Origin: Malacoraja senta
Taxonomy: Eukaryota
Assembly: GCA_038087875.1 (NCBI GenBank)
Contig: CM075993.1
Coordinates: 11,782,001 to 11,846,000, forward strand
Direction: 5' to 3'
DNA length: 64,000 nucleotides
The notes under the pieces are model-generated. The model was not told the DNA's origin and ran no database searches. It worked only from the letters and a program-made list of their open reading frames with translations. The translations under genes and the position numbers were made by a program. Positions 1-12,467 of this stretch are shown one piece after another (the first letter of the stretch is position 1; each line of letters opens with the position of its first letter).

Positions 1-376
1 CCAGAGCACCACTTAAACGTTACTTAAAACACAACAACAGAAAAGAAAGCTGCTTTGGGGAAAAATACTGTTCCAATAGACACCATTGTCTGTTAAGAAC
101 ACAGCTGATAGTTTCACCACAGTAGGCCATGGAAATAGACAAGCAATTGCTTTTTTTGACACGTGCAACAATACTATTAAACTATGTAACATAGTGTCTA
201 GTATTTTAATACATCTAAAATACATTTATACCTATTAAAAAGACCTTTATTTTGGAAATGCGGCAGGAAAAATAACTATCATTGCGAACCTGAAACTTTA
301 TGATCCCTAAAACTCCCATTTTCTCTGTTGACACGCGTTTTTAATAATGCAATTCTCCATACGAATAGATTTCTTA

Positions 377-545
377 AGGGCCTGTCCCACTTACGCGATT
401 TTATCGGCGACTTCCCGGCACCCGCCAGTCGCAGCAGGTCGCTGAAAATGTTGAAAATCCAGCCGCGACCAGAAAAAGGTACGACTCTTTGGGCAACTAC
501 TTACGATCATACAGGCGTCACCTGTCGACATGTTACAATATCCCT
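377..545. mobile_element. Truncated PIF/Harbinger-type MITE (one end only)
   Basis: TTA|AGGGCCTGTCCCACTTACGCG terminus shared with the other MITEs; no partner TIR seen. Confidence 0.6.
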
Positions 546-573
546 ACAGTTTTGTAGATGCAGTAACCTTCTA

Positions 574-830
574 GCACGGTGGCTCAGCGGTAGAGTTGCT
601 GCATTACAGCACCAGAGACCCTGGTTCGATCCTGACTACAGGTACTGTCTGTACGTACTATGTACGTTCTCCCCATGACCACGATTCCCCAGGTGCTCGG
701 GTTTCCTCCCACACTCCAAAGACGTACAGGTTTGTAGATTAATTGGCTTTGTTAAGGATTGTAAATTGTCCCCAGTGTGTAGGATAGTTTTAGTGTGCGG
801 AGATTGCTGGTCGGCGCAGACTTGGTGGGG
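574..830 (+). mobile_element. tRNA-derived V-SINE (HE1-like)
   Basis: A box GGTGGCTCAGCGG, B box GGTTCGATCC, V domain GGTTTCCTCCCACACTCCAAAGAC. Confidence 0.85.
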
Positions 831-1300
831 AGAATTGGGAGAGTAAAGAAACAGGCCTGTAATTTGTGAAATGGTGTCTATCCCCAGTTTTATATAATGG
901 TATTACTTTTGCTATTTTCATTTTGTTCGGAAATTTACCGGATTGAAGACAAGTTACAGATATGAGTTAATGGTTCTGCAATTTCTTCAATAATGTTTTT
1001 TATTATAATCATATCAATAACATTCCAATCAGTAGAGGATTTGCTTTTACATTTTCTTACAGTGTCTATGATTTAATTTCCTTCGACTTCTCTAAGGAAG
1101 ATAGAACTAGTATTTCTATCCCAAAGATCAGTATCCGCCCCTTCTTTTGTTTCTGGGTCATTCATTTTTTCTGCCAAATCTGGTCCCACATTTACAAATT
1201 TGTTAAAACCATCAACCGCATCATCCATATTATTCATTGTCTTGCCTTTCTCAATAAAATACTCAGGGTAGCCTGTATTTTTGATCCATTTCTAATAATA
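831..1300 (-). mobile_element. LINE reverse-transcriptase remnant (Crack/Daphne-like, CR1/L2 group)
   Basis: FVNVGPDLAEK...[50 protein letters not shown] with frameshifts. Confidence 0.75.
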
Positions 1301-1590
1301 CTATTTAGAGGTGGCTGTGAAGTTGAGAACCAGCAGCCATGGTCTAAAGATGTAGAAATTTCAATTTATGCTGCGTCGATTATTAACTTTAAACTGGAGA
1401 AGCAGAGAAGTTAACCACAGTGTACTCGGGACAGGCAGGAGAATGTGCAAGGATTCAGAGTTTCACCCAATGCCACAACTGGACCAAAAACCTAAACCAT
1501 CTCCACTGCTGTTCCTAATGTTTGTAATTAACAGTCCATAAAGTTTCCCCCTTCAGGTAGTTTTCTTTTAATAATAGGAACTTGACCTAC

Positions 1591-1754
1591 CCGTAGCAGG
1601 CCTTTTCCCCCTTTGGCCAAACTGTCTCCAAAGTCCTTGGGTTGGCGGTTCATTTCTTCCCTCCGCTTCTGCTGATACTCTTTATCCATTGTGATAGCAG
1701 CCAAACCTTTGCCGACTGAGCCGGTGATTCTCGACACCACACCAGCTGCACCAC
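1591..1754 (-). CDS. VPS13C: VPS13C coding exon (164 nt; last in window, gene continues beyond position 1)
   Basis: (G)GAAGVVSRITGSVGKGLAAITMDKEYQQKRREEMNRQPKDFGDSLAKGGKGLLR; ctacag / gtaggt. Confidence 0.96.
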
Positions 1755-2473
1755 CTGTAGTTAAGATCATTTGTATTCTGCATCAGTATTGGGGCTGTAG
1801 ACAAGTTTCAAATCCTGTGAATGACCGATTCTGAAACTATCCGAAAAATATGGACTTTATAGTGTAGGAAGGAACTGCAGATGCTGGTTTACACCGAAGA
1901 TAGACACAAAATGCTGGAGTAACTCAGCAGGACAGACAGCATCTCTGTGGTCATGCTACTTATATATTAAGTAAATGAGGAGCTCTGTAATGAGAGTTAA
2001 TATTTTAAGGACATAAAGTGCTGGAGTAACTCAGGAGAGAAGGAATGGGTGACGTTTCGGGTCAAGACCCATCTTCAGACCCATTCCTTCTCTCCAGAGT
2101 TGCTGCCTGTCCTGCTTTTGTGTCTATTTACGTCAATGAGCTGGATGTGGATCACAGATACGAGATCGGTAACTGTGAACACGAAGATTGGCAGGGTTGT
2201 TAATTGTATGGAATATCATATGGAATATATGGAATTGTTTGGAATATCGTCATTTTAGGCTGCAGGGATGCTGGAGTAACTCAGCAGGACAGGCAGCATC
2301 TCTGGATAGAAGGAATGGGTGACATTTCGGGGCAAGACCCATATTCAGACTAAGAGTCAGGGTAGAGTGAGACATAGAGATATGGAAGAGTAAGGGTGTA
2401 TAATGGACTTATAGTCATCAGCTTCGCAGTGCATCTAAACCAAAGACTGAGTCAATAGAAAGCTGGTACCTAC

Positions 2474-2549
2474 CGACTGTGTGCCCCAGCAAGCTCCTCA
2501 CTCCGATCACAAAGCCCTCAGCAAATTCCTCTGGTCCCTGCACCGCTCC
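2474..2549 (-). CDS. VPS13C: VPS13C coding exon (76 nt; ATG2_C region)
   Basis: GAVQGPEEFAEGFVIGVRSLLGHTV+G; ttccag / gtaggt; preceded by an 87-nt intron. Confidence 0.96.
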
Positions 2550-2636
2550 CTGGAATGATCACAGTCGCCAATGTATTATGAGCATTAAAACATGGAGAAA
2601 CTTTCAAAATGATGGATAGCATTTTCACTGCCTTAC

Positions 2637-2750
2637 CTGGAAAGGCTCATAAAAGAATGCTTCAACTCCTTCAGAAAGACCTCTGATGAGGCCAAACGGG
2701 TTTCCAAGAACATCCAGCCCCAAAACAAGCACGTACATTTGCTTGAGAAA
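2637..2750 (-). CDS. VPS13C: VPS13C coding exon, 38 codons
   Basis: [38 protein letters not shown], the highly conserved VPS13 C-terminal motif; cacag / gtaagg. Confidence 0.97.
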
Positions 2751-3324
2751 CTGTGAGGAAGCGGGAGAGGGTTTGGTTAGTGATTGTTGCCCAGGCTTAA
2801 GGCTGGAGCACTGTGAGAGACAAGGCCGTTTCACACACAGTCCTACTGCCGCAGCGAGGAAACAGGCCCTTCGGCCCACCGAGTCCGCACTGACCAGCAA
2901 TCACCCAAACGCTAGTTCTATGCTACACTAGGGAAAGAGCTCTGGATTGTTTACTATCTACTGCCAGTCACAAACAGTTAGTATAAGACTTGGTGCCATC
3001 TACCTTCACATGGATGGATTAGAGGAGCCCACTGGTTAGTATAACGGTTTGACAGGAAGCGCAACAGTTTTCTCTCTCACACTTATACTCAGAGAGTCAT
3101 ACAGCACGGAAACAGGCTCTTCGGCCCAACTCATCCATGCCCACCAAGATGTCCCATCAAAGCCAGTCCCATTTACTCGCGTTTGGCCAAGAGCATTGAC
3201 ACACAGCTGGCATGAGAGGAAAGCTTCAGGAATGCCAGCATCTGTGGCCATTTATCCATCAGCTATGTGATCATTCTCAGAGCTGAAGTAAACTGCAGGA
3301 CAATTGGACAGAGAAAGCACTTAC

Positions 3325-3406
3325 TTGTTCTCCATAATGTCTCCCCGCTGCCAACATCAACTGGTCTCTCTTGTAGAATTGACATTTAGTTTCGAAGAAG
3401 GCAAGC
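3325..3406 (-). CDS. VPS13C: VPS13C coding exon (82 nt)
   Basis: (K)LAFFETKCQFYKRDQLMLAAGRHYGEQ; ttccag / gtaagt. Confidence 0.94.
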
Positions 3407-4344
3407 CTGGAACCCAACAAACTCACTATCATTTCTTTGAAAATGGTAACAGCAAATACTTAAGGACACTCATTCATAAATGTAGTACAGTTTTATACTA
3501 TGTTAGGTTTTTTATTCATTAGACATCTTTTTTGTTTGTTTATCATATGATCTATTGAGTTCAGTGTCCTCTCACCATCTAGAGTGTGGTCCTGATCTCC
3601 CATATATCTCATTGGAGACCTATTAACTATCTTTAGACTTTATCTTGCACTAAATGCTGTATCCTTTATCACTGACCTGTATACTGTGGATGGCTTAATT
3701 GTAATCATGTATAATAATCTCTTTGACAGGATAATACGCAACAAAAGCTTTTCACTGTACCTTGACATGCATGCCAACAATAAACTAAACACGCAAGCCT
3801 GGCCACACTCTCGGCTACAATTGGGATGAAGGTAAAAGAGTTTGAGAACTATTGCCTCCAGGCTCCAGAACAGCATCTTCTCATCGACGACCAGGCTCTT
3901 GAATCTTAACTACAGCCCAACCACCTCAACTGGCTCCTATTCTCCTCAAATCCTTATCCATGCCATTGGTTCCTTCAGATTTCAATACTCCAACATTCAC
4001 TGGTCCTTACTCTACGTTTACAGAAGATAAAAAATAAAGCAACTGCAGAAAAACTGAAATAAAAACAAAAACTTTACCAGACACCTAGCAGATTGGGTGA
4101 CATTAATGGGAAGTCAATTCAGAAGCAAGACATATCCACTTTCCCCCCTAATTCCCCCCTAATTGTGAATCTCACACTTATCTCACCCCAAGAAAGATAA
4201 ATCTAAGATTCAGCTGAAACCTGAAAGCAATAGTCTATTTATTCCAGTGGTCCATGTGATTGAGGACTTTGGGCTCAATGATAAAAAAAATCATCTTTCG
4301 TCCTTGAAATTGCAGTTTAAAACCCTTCATGGATACACTATTAT

Positions 4345-5108
4345 TACAGTGTAAGAAGGGACTGCAGATGGTGGTTTAAACCGAAGATAGACACAAAATG
4401 CTGGAGTAACTCAGCGGGACAGGCAGCTGTGACAGTTGAGGAGGAATGGGTGACGTTTCGGGTCGAGACCCTTCTTCGGTTAGGGATAAGGGAAATGAGA
4501 GATAAAGACGGTGATGTGGAGAGATAAAGAACAATGAATGAAAGATATACAAAAAAGTAATGATGATGAAGGAAATAGGCCATTGTTAGCTGTTCGTAGG
4601 GTGAAAACGAGAAACTACTGCGACTTGGTTGCGAGCGGGATAGAGAGGGAATGCCGGGGTTACCTGAAGTGAGAGAAAACAATATTCATACCACTGGGCT
4701 GTAAGCTGCCCAAGCAAAATATGAGATGCTGTTCCTCCAATTTGCATTTAGCCTCACTCTGACAATGGAGGAGACCGAGGACAGAAAGATCTGTGTAGGA
4801 ATGGGACGGAGCATTAAAGTGTCCAGCAACCGGGAGATCTGGTTGTTTCAGGCGGGCTGAGTGAAGGTGTTCTGCGAAACGATCACCCAGTCTGCGTTTG
4901 GTCTCGCCGATGTATAAGAGTCCACATCTTGAACGACGGATACAGTTGATCCATTTTTTGCATATCTTTCATTCATTGTTGTTTATCTCTCTACATCACT
5001 CTCTATATCTCTCATTTCCCTTATCCCTAACTAGTCTGAAGAAGGGTCTCAACCCGAAACTTCACCCATTCTTTCTCTCCAGAGTTGCTGCCTGTCCCGC
5101 TGAGTTCT
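4345..5108 (-). mobile_element. Penelope-like element 3' part plus an inverted partial copy (4951-5108)
   Basis: GIY-YIG-type remnants (YIGETKRRLGDRFAEHL; KLEEQHLIF.LGSLQPSGMN) and a 3' terminal repeat with a hammerhead-like core. Confidence 0.8.
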
Positions 5109-5495
5109 CTTATTACTGTCTCTCCTTAAACTTCCACCTCTTTTGTTTAATATTTCTTGACTGATTTTTATTTCCACCCCTGAAGAAATGAAATGTGGTG
5201 CTCATTTTCTCTACTTCTGTATTATCCTGTTGTTCATATTGCTGCTTTTATCTTGTACACCTCTTCCATTTGTTCTTCTACCTCATTAAAATTCAAATGT
5301 GGCTGTTCACTCCTCCATAATTGCATGTTTACTGTAGAGAAATTAATTTCTCATCAGCACGTACATTTCTGCAATATTATAAAAGTATTAAAATAAATAC
5401 AGTTACGTTCATCAGACAGCTATTCCCCCCAACTTCAGCATTAAAACATTGTGGGACAAAATACCCCAAATGTTAAGACAGCTTGTGCTGCTTAC

Positions 5496-5635
5496 TTAAA
5501 GATCAGGTCATCAACGTCTGTTAATGTTGCTCCAATGCTCGTGAGCAAAACATGGATAGTCTGGAGTCGCATTGCTTCCTGCTTTGTACCTCTTGACTCC
5601 TCGCCTCCCGAGTCCAAAGACAAGCTTAGATGCAA
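5496..5635 (-). CDS. VPS13C: VPS13C coding exon (140 nt)
   Basis: LHLSLSLDSGGEESRGTKQEAMRLQTIHVLLTSIGATLTDVDDLIF(K); tgacag / gtaagc. Confidence 0.95.
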
Positions 5636-6009
5636 CTGTCAGAAAAGAACAGAATGACTACAATCAACTTGTGACAAATAGAATCCAGAGTAGGAATAAG
5701 CTTGTGATATGCTTGTAGAAAGGTGGAGGTGACATTTTTATGGAAACCCCAATACTTCTCAGGTTCAAATGCAGAAACAAGGATAGACACAAAGTGCTAG
5801 AGTAATCCTGTGCCCTTTTGTGTAAACCAGCATCTGCAGTTCCGTGTTTCTACTAGACGAATCAAGAACCAGGGGATCTAGGTTTCAAGCAAGAGGTGAA
5901 AGATTTAATAGAAGCAAATGTTTCCACACTGAGTGGCGGGTACATGTAATGAGCTGCCAGAGGAAGTAGTTAAGGCAGGTACTATAACAACAATTAGTTT
6001 GGTTGGGTC

Positions 6010-6582
6010 CTGTACACTGGCGAGACCAAACATAGACTCGGCAACTGTTACACTGGACACTTGTGCTCAGTCTGCCTACGGGATCTCCTGGTTGCCAACA
6101 ATTTCAACCTCTTCCCATTCTGAACCTTCTGTCCTGGTTGAGCCAGATTGAGGTCACACCCAAATTGGTGGAACAGCACCTCATATTTCACTTGGATTGC
6201 TTATAACCCAGCAGTATGAACATTGAATTCTGTAATTTTAAGTAACGTCTACTTACACTCCCATCCCCCTTCCCCCTTCCCCCCACCCTAGTCATTTTAC
6301 AAGTTCCACAGCTCTCCATATTGTATCCCCCTTGAGATCATACCTAGCCAACAATGGGCCTATCAGGGCACCGCCTTGCCTGAGGTAATTTGTGTCCAGC
6401 TCTGGTTGGCCCTGGTCTTTTCTCACCTCCAGCTCTTCACCCCCCCCTCCTCCAGGTAGGGTCCCAACCCGTAACATCACCCCATCCCTTTTCTCCGGAG
6501 ATGCTACCTGACCCACTGAGTTACTCCAGCACTTTGTGTCTATCTTTGGTCTAACCCAGCATCTGCAGTTCCTTGTTTCTAC
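6010..6582 (+). mobile_element. Degenerate Penelope-like fragment interrupting a CR1 remnant (5860-5995 / 6610-6735)
   Basis: TGETK..LG...H, KLVEQHLIFHL..L.PSSMNIEF and the family 3' terminus ...CCAGCATCTGCAGTTCC. Confidence 0.7.
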
Positions 6583-7086
6583 ATTTGGTTCAGTTTAGTT
6601 TATCCAAAAATACATTTGGATAGAAGCATGGATAGGAAAGGTTTACAGGGATATAGGCCAAACATGGGCAGGTGGGACTAGCATAGATGGGGCATACTGG
6701 CTGACATGGGCAAGTTGGGCCATGCTACATAACTCTATTAATTTATTCGACAGCAATTTTCATTACACCAGCGACTGAGCTTTAGTTAGCAATGTGGAAA
6801 TTGTACCCCGGCTAAGTATAACATTGCCTCCAATTTTCCTTTCTTTCGAAATAATGAATAAAAAAATCATCAGTGGCAACTGTTCAATTTTCTAATATTT
6901 ATGCAAAGCCTTCAGTGTTAGAGCAAACTTGGAAAAAGGACAAAACTTCAGCTGAGAAATGTAATATTTATATGCAAGAGGGAAAACAAATCAAAGCTGT
7001 GTTATCACAATTAACAGTTATGCAAAAAGAGAAACAAATATGAATGAGGTTAAAATGAGCATATTATTAATACAATCTATCTGAGA

Positions 7087-7382
7087 GGCACGGTGGCGCA
7101 GCAGTAGAGATGCTGCCTTACAGCGCCAGAGACCCGGGTTTGATACCGACTACTGATGCTGTCTGTATGGAGTTTGTACCTTCTCCCCGTGTCCGACGTG
7201 GGTTTTCTCCGAGAGCTTCGGTTTCCTCCCACACTCTAAAGACGTACAGGTTTGTAGGCTAATTGGCTTGGTACAAATGAAAATTGTCCCTAGTGTGTGT
7301 AGGATTGTGTGCGGGGATCGCTGGTGGGTGCAGACACGGTGGGCTGAAGGGCCTGTTTCGGCGCTGTATCTCTAAACTAAAC
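7087..7382 (+). mobile_element. Full-length V-SINE (HE1-like)
   Basis: A/B boxes, V domain, CR1-like 3' end GAAGGGCCTGTTTC...CTGTA and (TAAAC)n tail. Confidence 0.9.
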
Positions 7383-7469
7383 ATCGATACTGTAAACCAA
7401 CTTTAATTCTGTATCAAATGTAAACAACTTTAATTCTGATTCAAATCGACAAGGAGTCAATCCATTTAC

Positions 7470-7583
7470 CTTGATTGGTGAGATGTGGAAATACTCAAAG
7501 AAACTCAGGCTCGAGGCATCAGTTATAAATGTTTCTATCAATTCGGCATTTATCGATTCCATATCTCGGTCTATCAAACTAGT
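7470..7583 (-). CDS. VPS13C: VPS13C coding exon, 38 codons
   Basis: TSLIDRDMESINAELIETFITDASSLSFFEYFHISPIK; ttgtag / gtaaat. Confidence 0.95.
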
Positions 7584-7756
7584 CTACAAAAGAAACCAGA
7601 AATAACATCAAAATAACCTTATCATTGCCAGGTGCGATACAATTATTGTGCAAGGAAGCAATTAAAATATTAAGCAATGGCCACACTACATTAGTGCTAC
7701 TATAACTTTCATCTAAAGGATACTTTTCACCTCTAAAGTGTCCTTCTCCTTTAATT

Positions 7757-8315
7757 CTCCTTCCCATTCCTACACAGACCTTTCTGTCCTCTGTCTCCTC
7801 CATTGTCAGAGTGAGACTAAATGCAAATTGGAGGAACAGCATCTCATATTTTGCTTGGGCAGCTTACAGCCCAGTGGTATGAATATTGATTTCTCTCACT
7901 TCAGGTAACCCACGCATTCCCTCTCTCTCTATCCCTCCCCCACCCAAGTCGCACCAGCTTCTCATTTTCACCCTACAAACAGCTAACAATGGCCTGTTTC
8001 CTTTATCATCGTTACTTTTTTGCATATTTTTCATTCATTGTTCTTTATCTCTCCACATGACCGTCTATATCTCTCATTTCCCTTTCCCTAACCAGTCCGA
8101 AGAAGGGTCTCGACCCAAAACGTCACCCATTCCTTCTCTCCAAAGATGCTGCCTGTCCCGCTGAGTTGAGATTTGAACACTTTGGTTTGAAGAAGGGTCT
8201 TAATCAGTAATGTCACCAATCCATGTTCTCCACATATGCCCCCTGACGCCGAGTTACTCCAGCACTTTGTGTCCCTTTGTGCATTAACCAGCATCTGCAG
8301 TTCTTTGTTTCTACA
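7757..8315 (+). mobile_element. Penelope-like 3' fragment with tandem terminal repeat
   Basis: CKLEEQHLIFCLGSLQPSGMNIDFS followed by two GAAGAAGGGTCT terminal-repeat units. Confidence 0.78.
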
Positions 8316-9188
8316 TCCATAATCCTGCATTATCTGCATATCCATCTGCCTATCCACATGTGCCTTAAATGCCACTACTGTATCTTCCTCCACCACCACT
8401 CCTGGCAGCAAGTTCCTGGCACTCACCACCCGCTGTGTTGAAAAACTTGCCTAGCACATCTCCTTTAATCTTTGCCCCTCTCACCTTCAAGCTATAAAAT
8501 ATTTAACTGTCTGGCTTTCGATGGTATTGTACAGAGAATGCCAAGGAATACTTAATTTGCATGTGAAATGAGTTTAAACGGGTATGGATATGATTCAATG
8601 ACAATACTCCCATTGATCCTAGATACAAAATCCTAGCATCTTGGCTCTCAAGTCAGGCTGGTATACAATGTTGGAATTCCTACAAAAGTATGGTTGTACA
8701 CTGTACTCATTGCACCCTTAGTGCCCTCGTAATAATGAACTAAATGTGTTTTGGTTCACATCTCACAACGCTGTCACAAACAGCAAAGCACTCTCCTTTC
8801 CAAGCAGACTTTACTCATCACCTAAAGGCTGAGGAAAAGCCCTGAGACTCCTGTAATCCATCAAGTCCTGGCATGCATCTTGGTTAACCTACATTTCCCA
8901 AAAAGCTGGTCACGGCAATAATTTTCTTTACCCCTACGAGCTAAAATAATGACCACACCAACAGATTCAGGTGGAGTCAGTGAGCTTTAGGAAGCCAAAT
9001 AAGTTGTGTTCATAGGTAATGGCAACACTTTTCACCCACTTAAGTTGTACAAAATGATAGAACGGGCAATTTTAGCAAGAGGAAAACCCTAAAAATGAAA
9101 CAGCTGTTTAATGCAGCTGTGCCGCGACGATTGTGAGTGAATGTGAACGCAGCAACGTTACCAAGAATGATTATTGTGCTGAACTTAC

Positions 9189-9297
9189 CTTCTGGGTTCC
9201 CACCAGGTCTGAAGCTGGAGTAAACAGTGTAATCAGTGCGTTGAGAAATCCCTGGTCAATCTTCACCGCCATTTCCTGAATCAAGACCATAAAGTAT
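9189..9297 (-). CDS. VPS13C: VPS13C coding exon (109 nt)
   Basis: (K)YFMVLIQEMAVKIDQGFLNALITLFTPASDLVGTQK; tttcag / gtaagt. Confidence 0.95.
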
Positions 9298-9480
9298 CTG
9301 AAAGGGAAATGAAGTCAACGATGTTGTGTAAAAAAGCTTGGTTATAAAGATCCAGACACTTTGCAAAATATCTATCTCAGGAACAGAATAAGGGCACATC
9401 ACAATGTCCTGACTGTCCAACTTGTATGGGTTTTGTTTTAAATGAGATCTCAAAGCGACACAAAGGTGTAATAGATGACC

Positions 9481-9786
9481 TTTAGTTTAGTTTTGAGATA
9501 CAGCGAGGAAACAGGCCCTTCGGCCCACCGTGTCCGCACAGCGATCCCCGCACATTAACACTACCCTACACACACTGGAGACAATTTTTACATTAACCAA
9601 GCCAATTAACCTACAAACCTGTACGTCTTTGGAGTGTGGGAGGAAACCGACGATCTCGGAGAAAACCCGCGCAGGTCACGGGGAGAACGCACAAACTCCA
9701 TACAGACAGCACCTGTAGTCAGGATGGAACCCGGGTCTCTGGCGATGTGAGGCAGCAACTCCACCGCTGGGCCACTGCGCCACCCT
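9481..9786 (-). mobile_element. Full-length V-SINE (HE1-like)
   Basis: Reverse complement of the same consensus, with a (GTTTA)n tail at 9481. Confidence 0.9.
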
Positions 9787-10349
9787 CATAAACATAAATC
9801 AGTATGAAACTATCGACCTGAAATATTAACGCTATTCTCAAACGGCCGAATGTTTCCAGCATTTTCTCGCCTTATCCATTCTCAGAAAGATGTCAGGAAC
9901 AGGGTCATGGTTCGGGAAAAAAGGTAAAAGATGGAGAAAATTACATTTGGTTTCCAATGAATCAATTGGAGAAAACTTCCAGCTACTCAGTTGTTGATTG
10001 TTTGACTAAAAAGGTAATGGAGAGGTCCAGAGATGTAATTGTAAGGCAGAGCGGGCATCGGCAGTATAAGGTGAAGAATGACTCTGTTAGATATTGGTGT
10101 CAACTAGAAATAAATAGGAACAAGGTATAGATCCTTGCTGACAGCAAAAGTCGACGTTGAATGAGAAGCTATTACTTGTGACCTGCAGGCTATTACTGGG
10201 CACCATTTGAACACTGATGGAGAGGCAGTGCAGGAGGAAGGTCGATAAACACCATTAAAGAGCACAAGGAAGTACAAAGTATTTTTGACTTAATAACACA
10301 GGAAGGGAAGGAGGTGACAGACAAATAGAACACCAAACAGTGCAGCCCA

Positions 10350-11340
10350 GGAACTGTACCTATGCCTCATAATGTCAGTACCAAACATGTTACCAAGATA
10401 ATATTTCTCATCTACCTGCACATGATCCACATCCTTCCATTCCCTGCATATCCGTGTGAGCCTTTTAAACTCCACTGTTGTACCTGCCTCCACCACCATC
10501 CCTGGCAACGCATCCCAGGCACCCACCATCCTCTGCATATAAAACCGGCCCCACACTTCTCCTTGAAAAGTTACCCCTCTCACCTTAAAGCTGTCGCCAT
10601 ATCCACCCTGGGGAAAAAGTTTCAGGAGTGTCTACCATATCTCATAATTTTTATACCCCTCAGGTCTCCACACAGCCAGAGAAAACAATCCATGTTTGCC
10701 CAACCTCTCATCGAGTCATAGAGTGATATAGTGTGGAAACAGGCCCTTGGCCCAACTTGCCCACACTGGCCAACATGTCCCAGCTACACTAGTCCCAACT
10801 GCCCGCATTTGGTCCATATCCCTCCAAACTTGTCCTATCCATGTACCTGTCTTACTGTCTCTTAAATGTTGGAATAGCCCCAGCCTCAACTACCTCTTCT
10901 GGCAGCTTGTTCCATACACCCAACACCCTTTGTGTGAAAAAGCTACCACTCAGATTCCTATTAAATCTTTTGCTCTTCACCTTAAACCTAAGTCCTCTGG
11001 TCCTCGATTCACCTACTCTGGGCAAGAGACTCTGTGCATCTACCAAATCTATTCCATTTATGATTTTATACACCTCTATAAGATCACCCCTCATCCTCCT
11101 GCGCTCCAACGAATAGAGTCCGAGCCCACTCAACCTCTCCCTACAGTTCAGACCCTCTAGTCCTGGCAACACCCTCTCCTTATAATTAATATCATCCAAT
11201 CGATGCAGCATTCTGTAAACCTCCTCTGCACCCTTTCCAAAACCCACACTCATCCTTCCTGTAGTGGGATGACCAGAACTGCACTCAATGCTCCAAATAT
11301 TAATTAATCCTAACCAAATATGCCTGACCAAAGTCCTGTA
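10350..11340 (-). mobile_element. Cluster of nested CR1 3' fragments
   Basis: LERRRMRGDLIEVYKI...FFTQRVLGVWNKLPEEVVEAG; (TATGACTC)-type tail at about 10712. Confidence 0.85.
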
Positions 11341-11479
11341 AAGCTATCTTAGTATTAGCCTTAATCTGAGTTGCAAAGTAGTTTATGAGCTTTATACACT
11401 TCAGTAGCTCATCAGCAATCCATCCAAGGGGTGGTGGGGACGGGGAGGTAAAGTCCTGGAAACACTTCATTACTCATCT

Positions 11480-11822
11480 CTCATCGGGCAAACGGTATAG
11501 CAGTGTGAAAACGCACATCTCCAGATACAGGGACAGTTTCTTCCAAGCTGTTATCAGGCAACTGAACCATCCTACCACAACCACAGAGCAGTCCTGACCT
11601 ACTATGTACTTCGTAGGAGACACTCGGACTATCTTTGATCAGACTGTACTGGCTTTACCTTGCACTAAACGTTATTCCCTTATCATGTATCGATATACTG
11701 TAAATGGCTCGATTGTAATCATGTATTGTCTTTCCGCTGACTGGTTAGCACGCAACAAAAGATTTTCACTGTACCTCGGTACACATGACAATAAACTAAA
11801 CTGGAACTAATCTGAACTGGAA
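11480..11822 (+). mobile_element. Rex1/Babar-type LINE 3' end (related tails at about 3580-3790, 17545-17605(-) and 49590-49825)
   Basis: LSSGKRYSSVKTHISRYRDSFFQAVIRQLN stop region; 3' UTR ending GACAATAAACTAAACT. Confidence 0.78.
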
Positions 11823-12085
11823 TAGTGTTTGGGCGATCTGAAGGAAGGCAGGGAGTGTGTAGCAAGTCAAAATTGAACTATTGAGCCTAATGACTCGCAG
11901 TAGAATTCAATGAGTCCCTGTGTAAAGTTGCTTGGCCAGCTCTTCGTAGCGTCTGGCCACAGTAACAGTAAACAGGACAATCTGTATCCAGATCCCCAGA
12001 CTATGTGGATTATTTAATGTTTAAAAACTGCACATTAGCATCATAGATTGAACAACTCCACCAGGAGCAGAGACATTTTACTCAC

Positions 12086-12155
12086 TTGAACTGTGTCACT
12101 TGACTGTGTTCATTAAATCTTGTGATGATACTTATGTCAACAAATGGTTTTGGTT
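12086..12155 (-). CDS. VPS13C: VPS13C coding exon (70 nt)
   Basis: (E)PKPFVDISIITRFNEHSQVTQF(K); ctttag / gtgagt. Confidence 0.95.
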
Positions 12156-12385
12156 CTAAAGAGAGCAAATATAAAATATGAAGATTTGTAATGTTATTTA
12201 TAGATAAACACACTGACTGACAATGCTGGAGTAATTCAGTGGGACAGGCAGCATCTCTGGAGAAAAGGAATGGGTTACGTTTCAGGTCGAGACTCTTCTT
12301 CTGACTGAGTTACTCCAGCATTTTGTGTCTGTCTTTGATTTAAACCAGCATCTGCAGTTCTTTCCAACACACTGACTGAGCTCAC

Positions 12386-12467
12386 CTGAATCCAATGCGA
12401 TAGACTTAGGAGGGAGCACAGGATAGAATGCTGTTGGAAATATCGCTCCGGCCAGCTGATTATCAAT
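12386..12467 (-). CDS. VPS13C: VPS13C coding exon (82 nt)
   Basis: IDNQLAGAIFPTAFYPVLPPKSIALDS+G, completing the conserved LQ(I/V)DNQL motif; tgacag / gtgagc. Confidence 0.95.

Noticed and set aside
574..650. tRNA-like sequences with A/B boxes (many copies)
   Set aside because: They are SINE heads that continue into the V domain and LINE-like tail, not tRNA genes.
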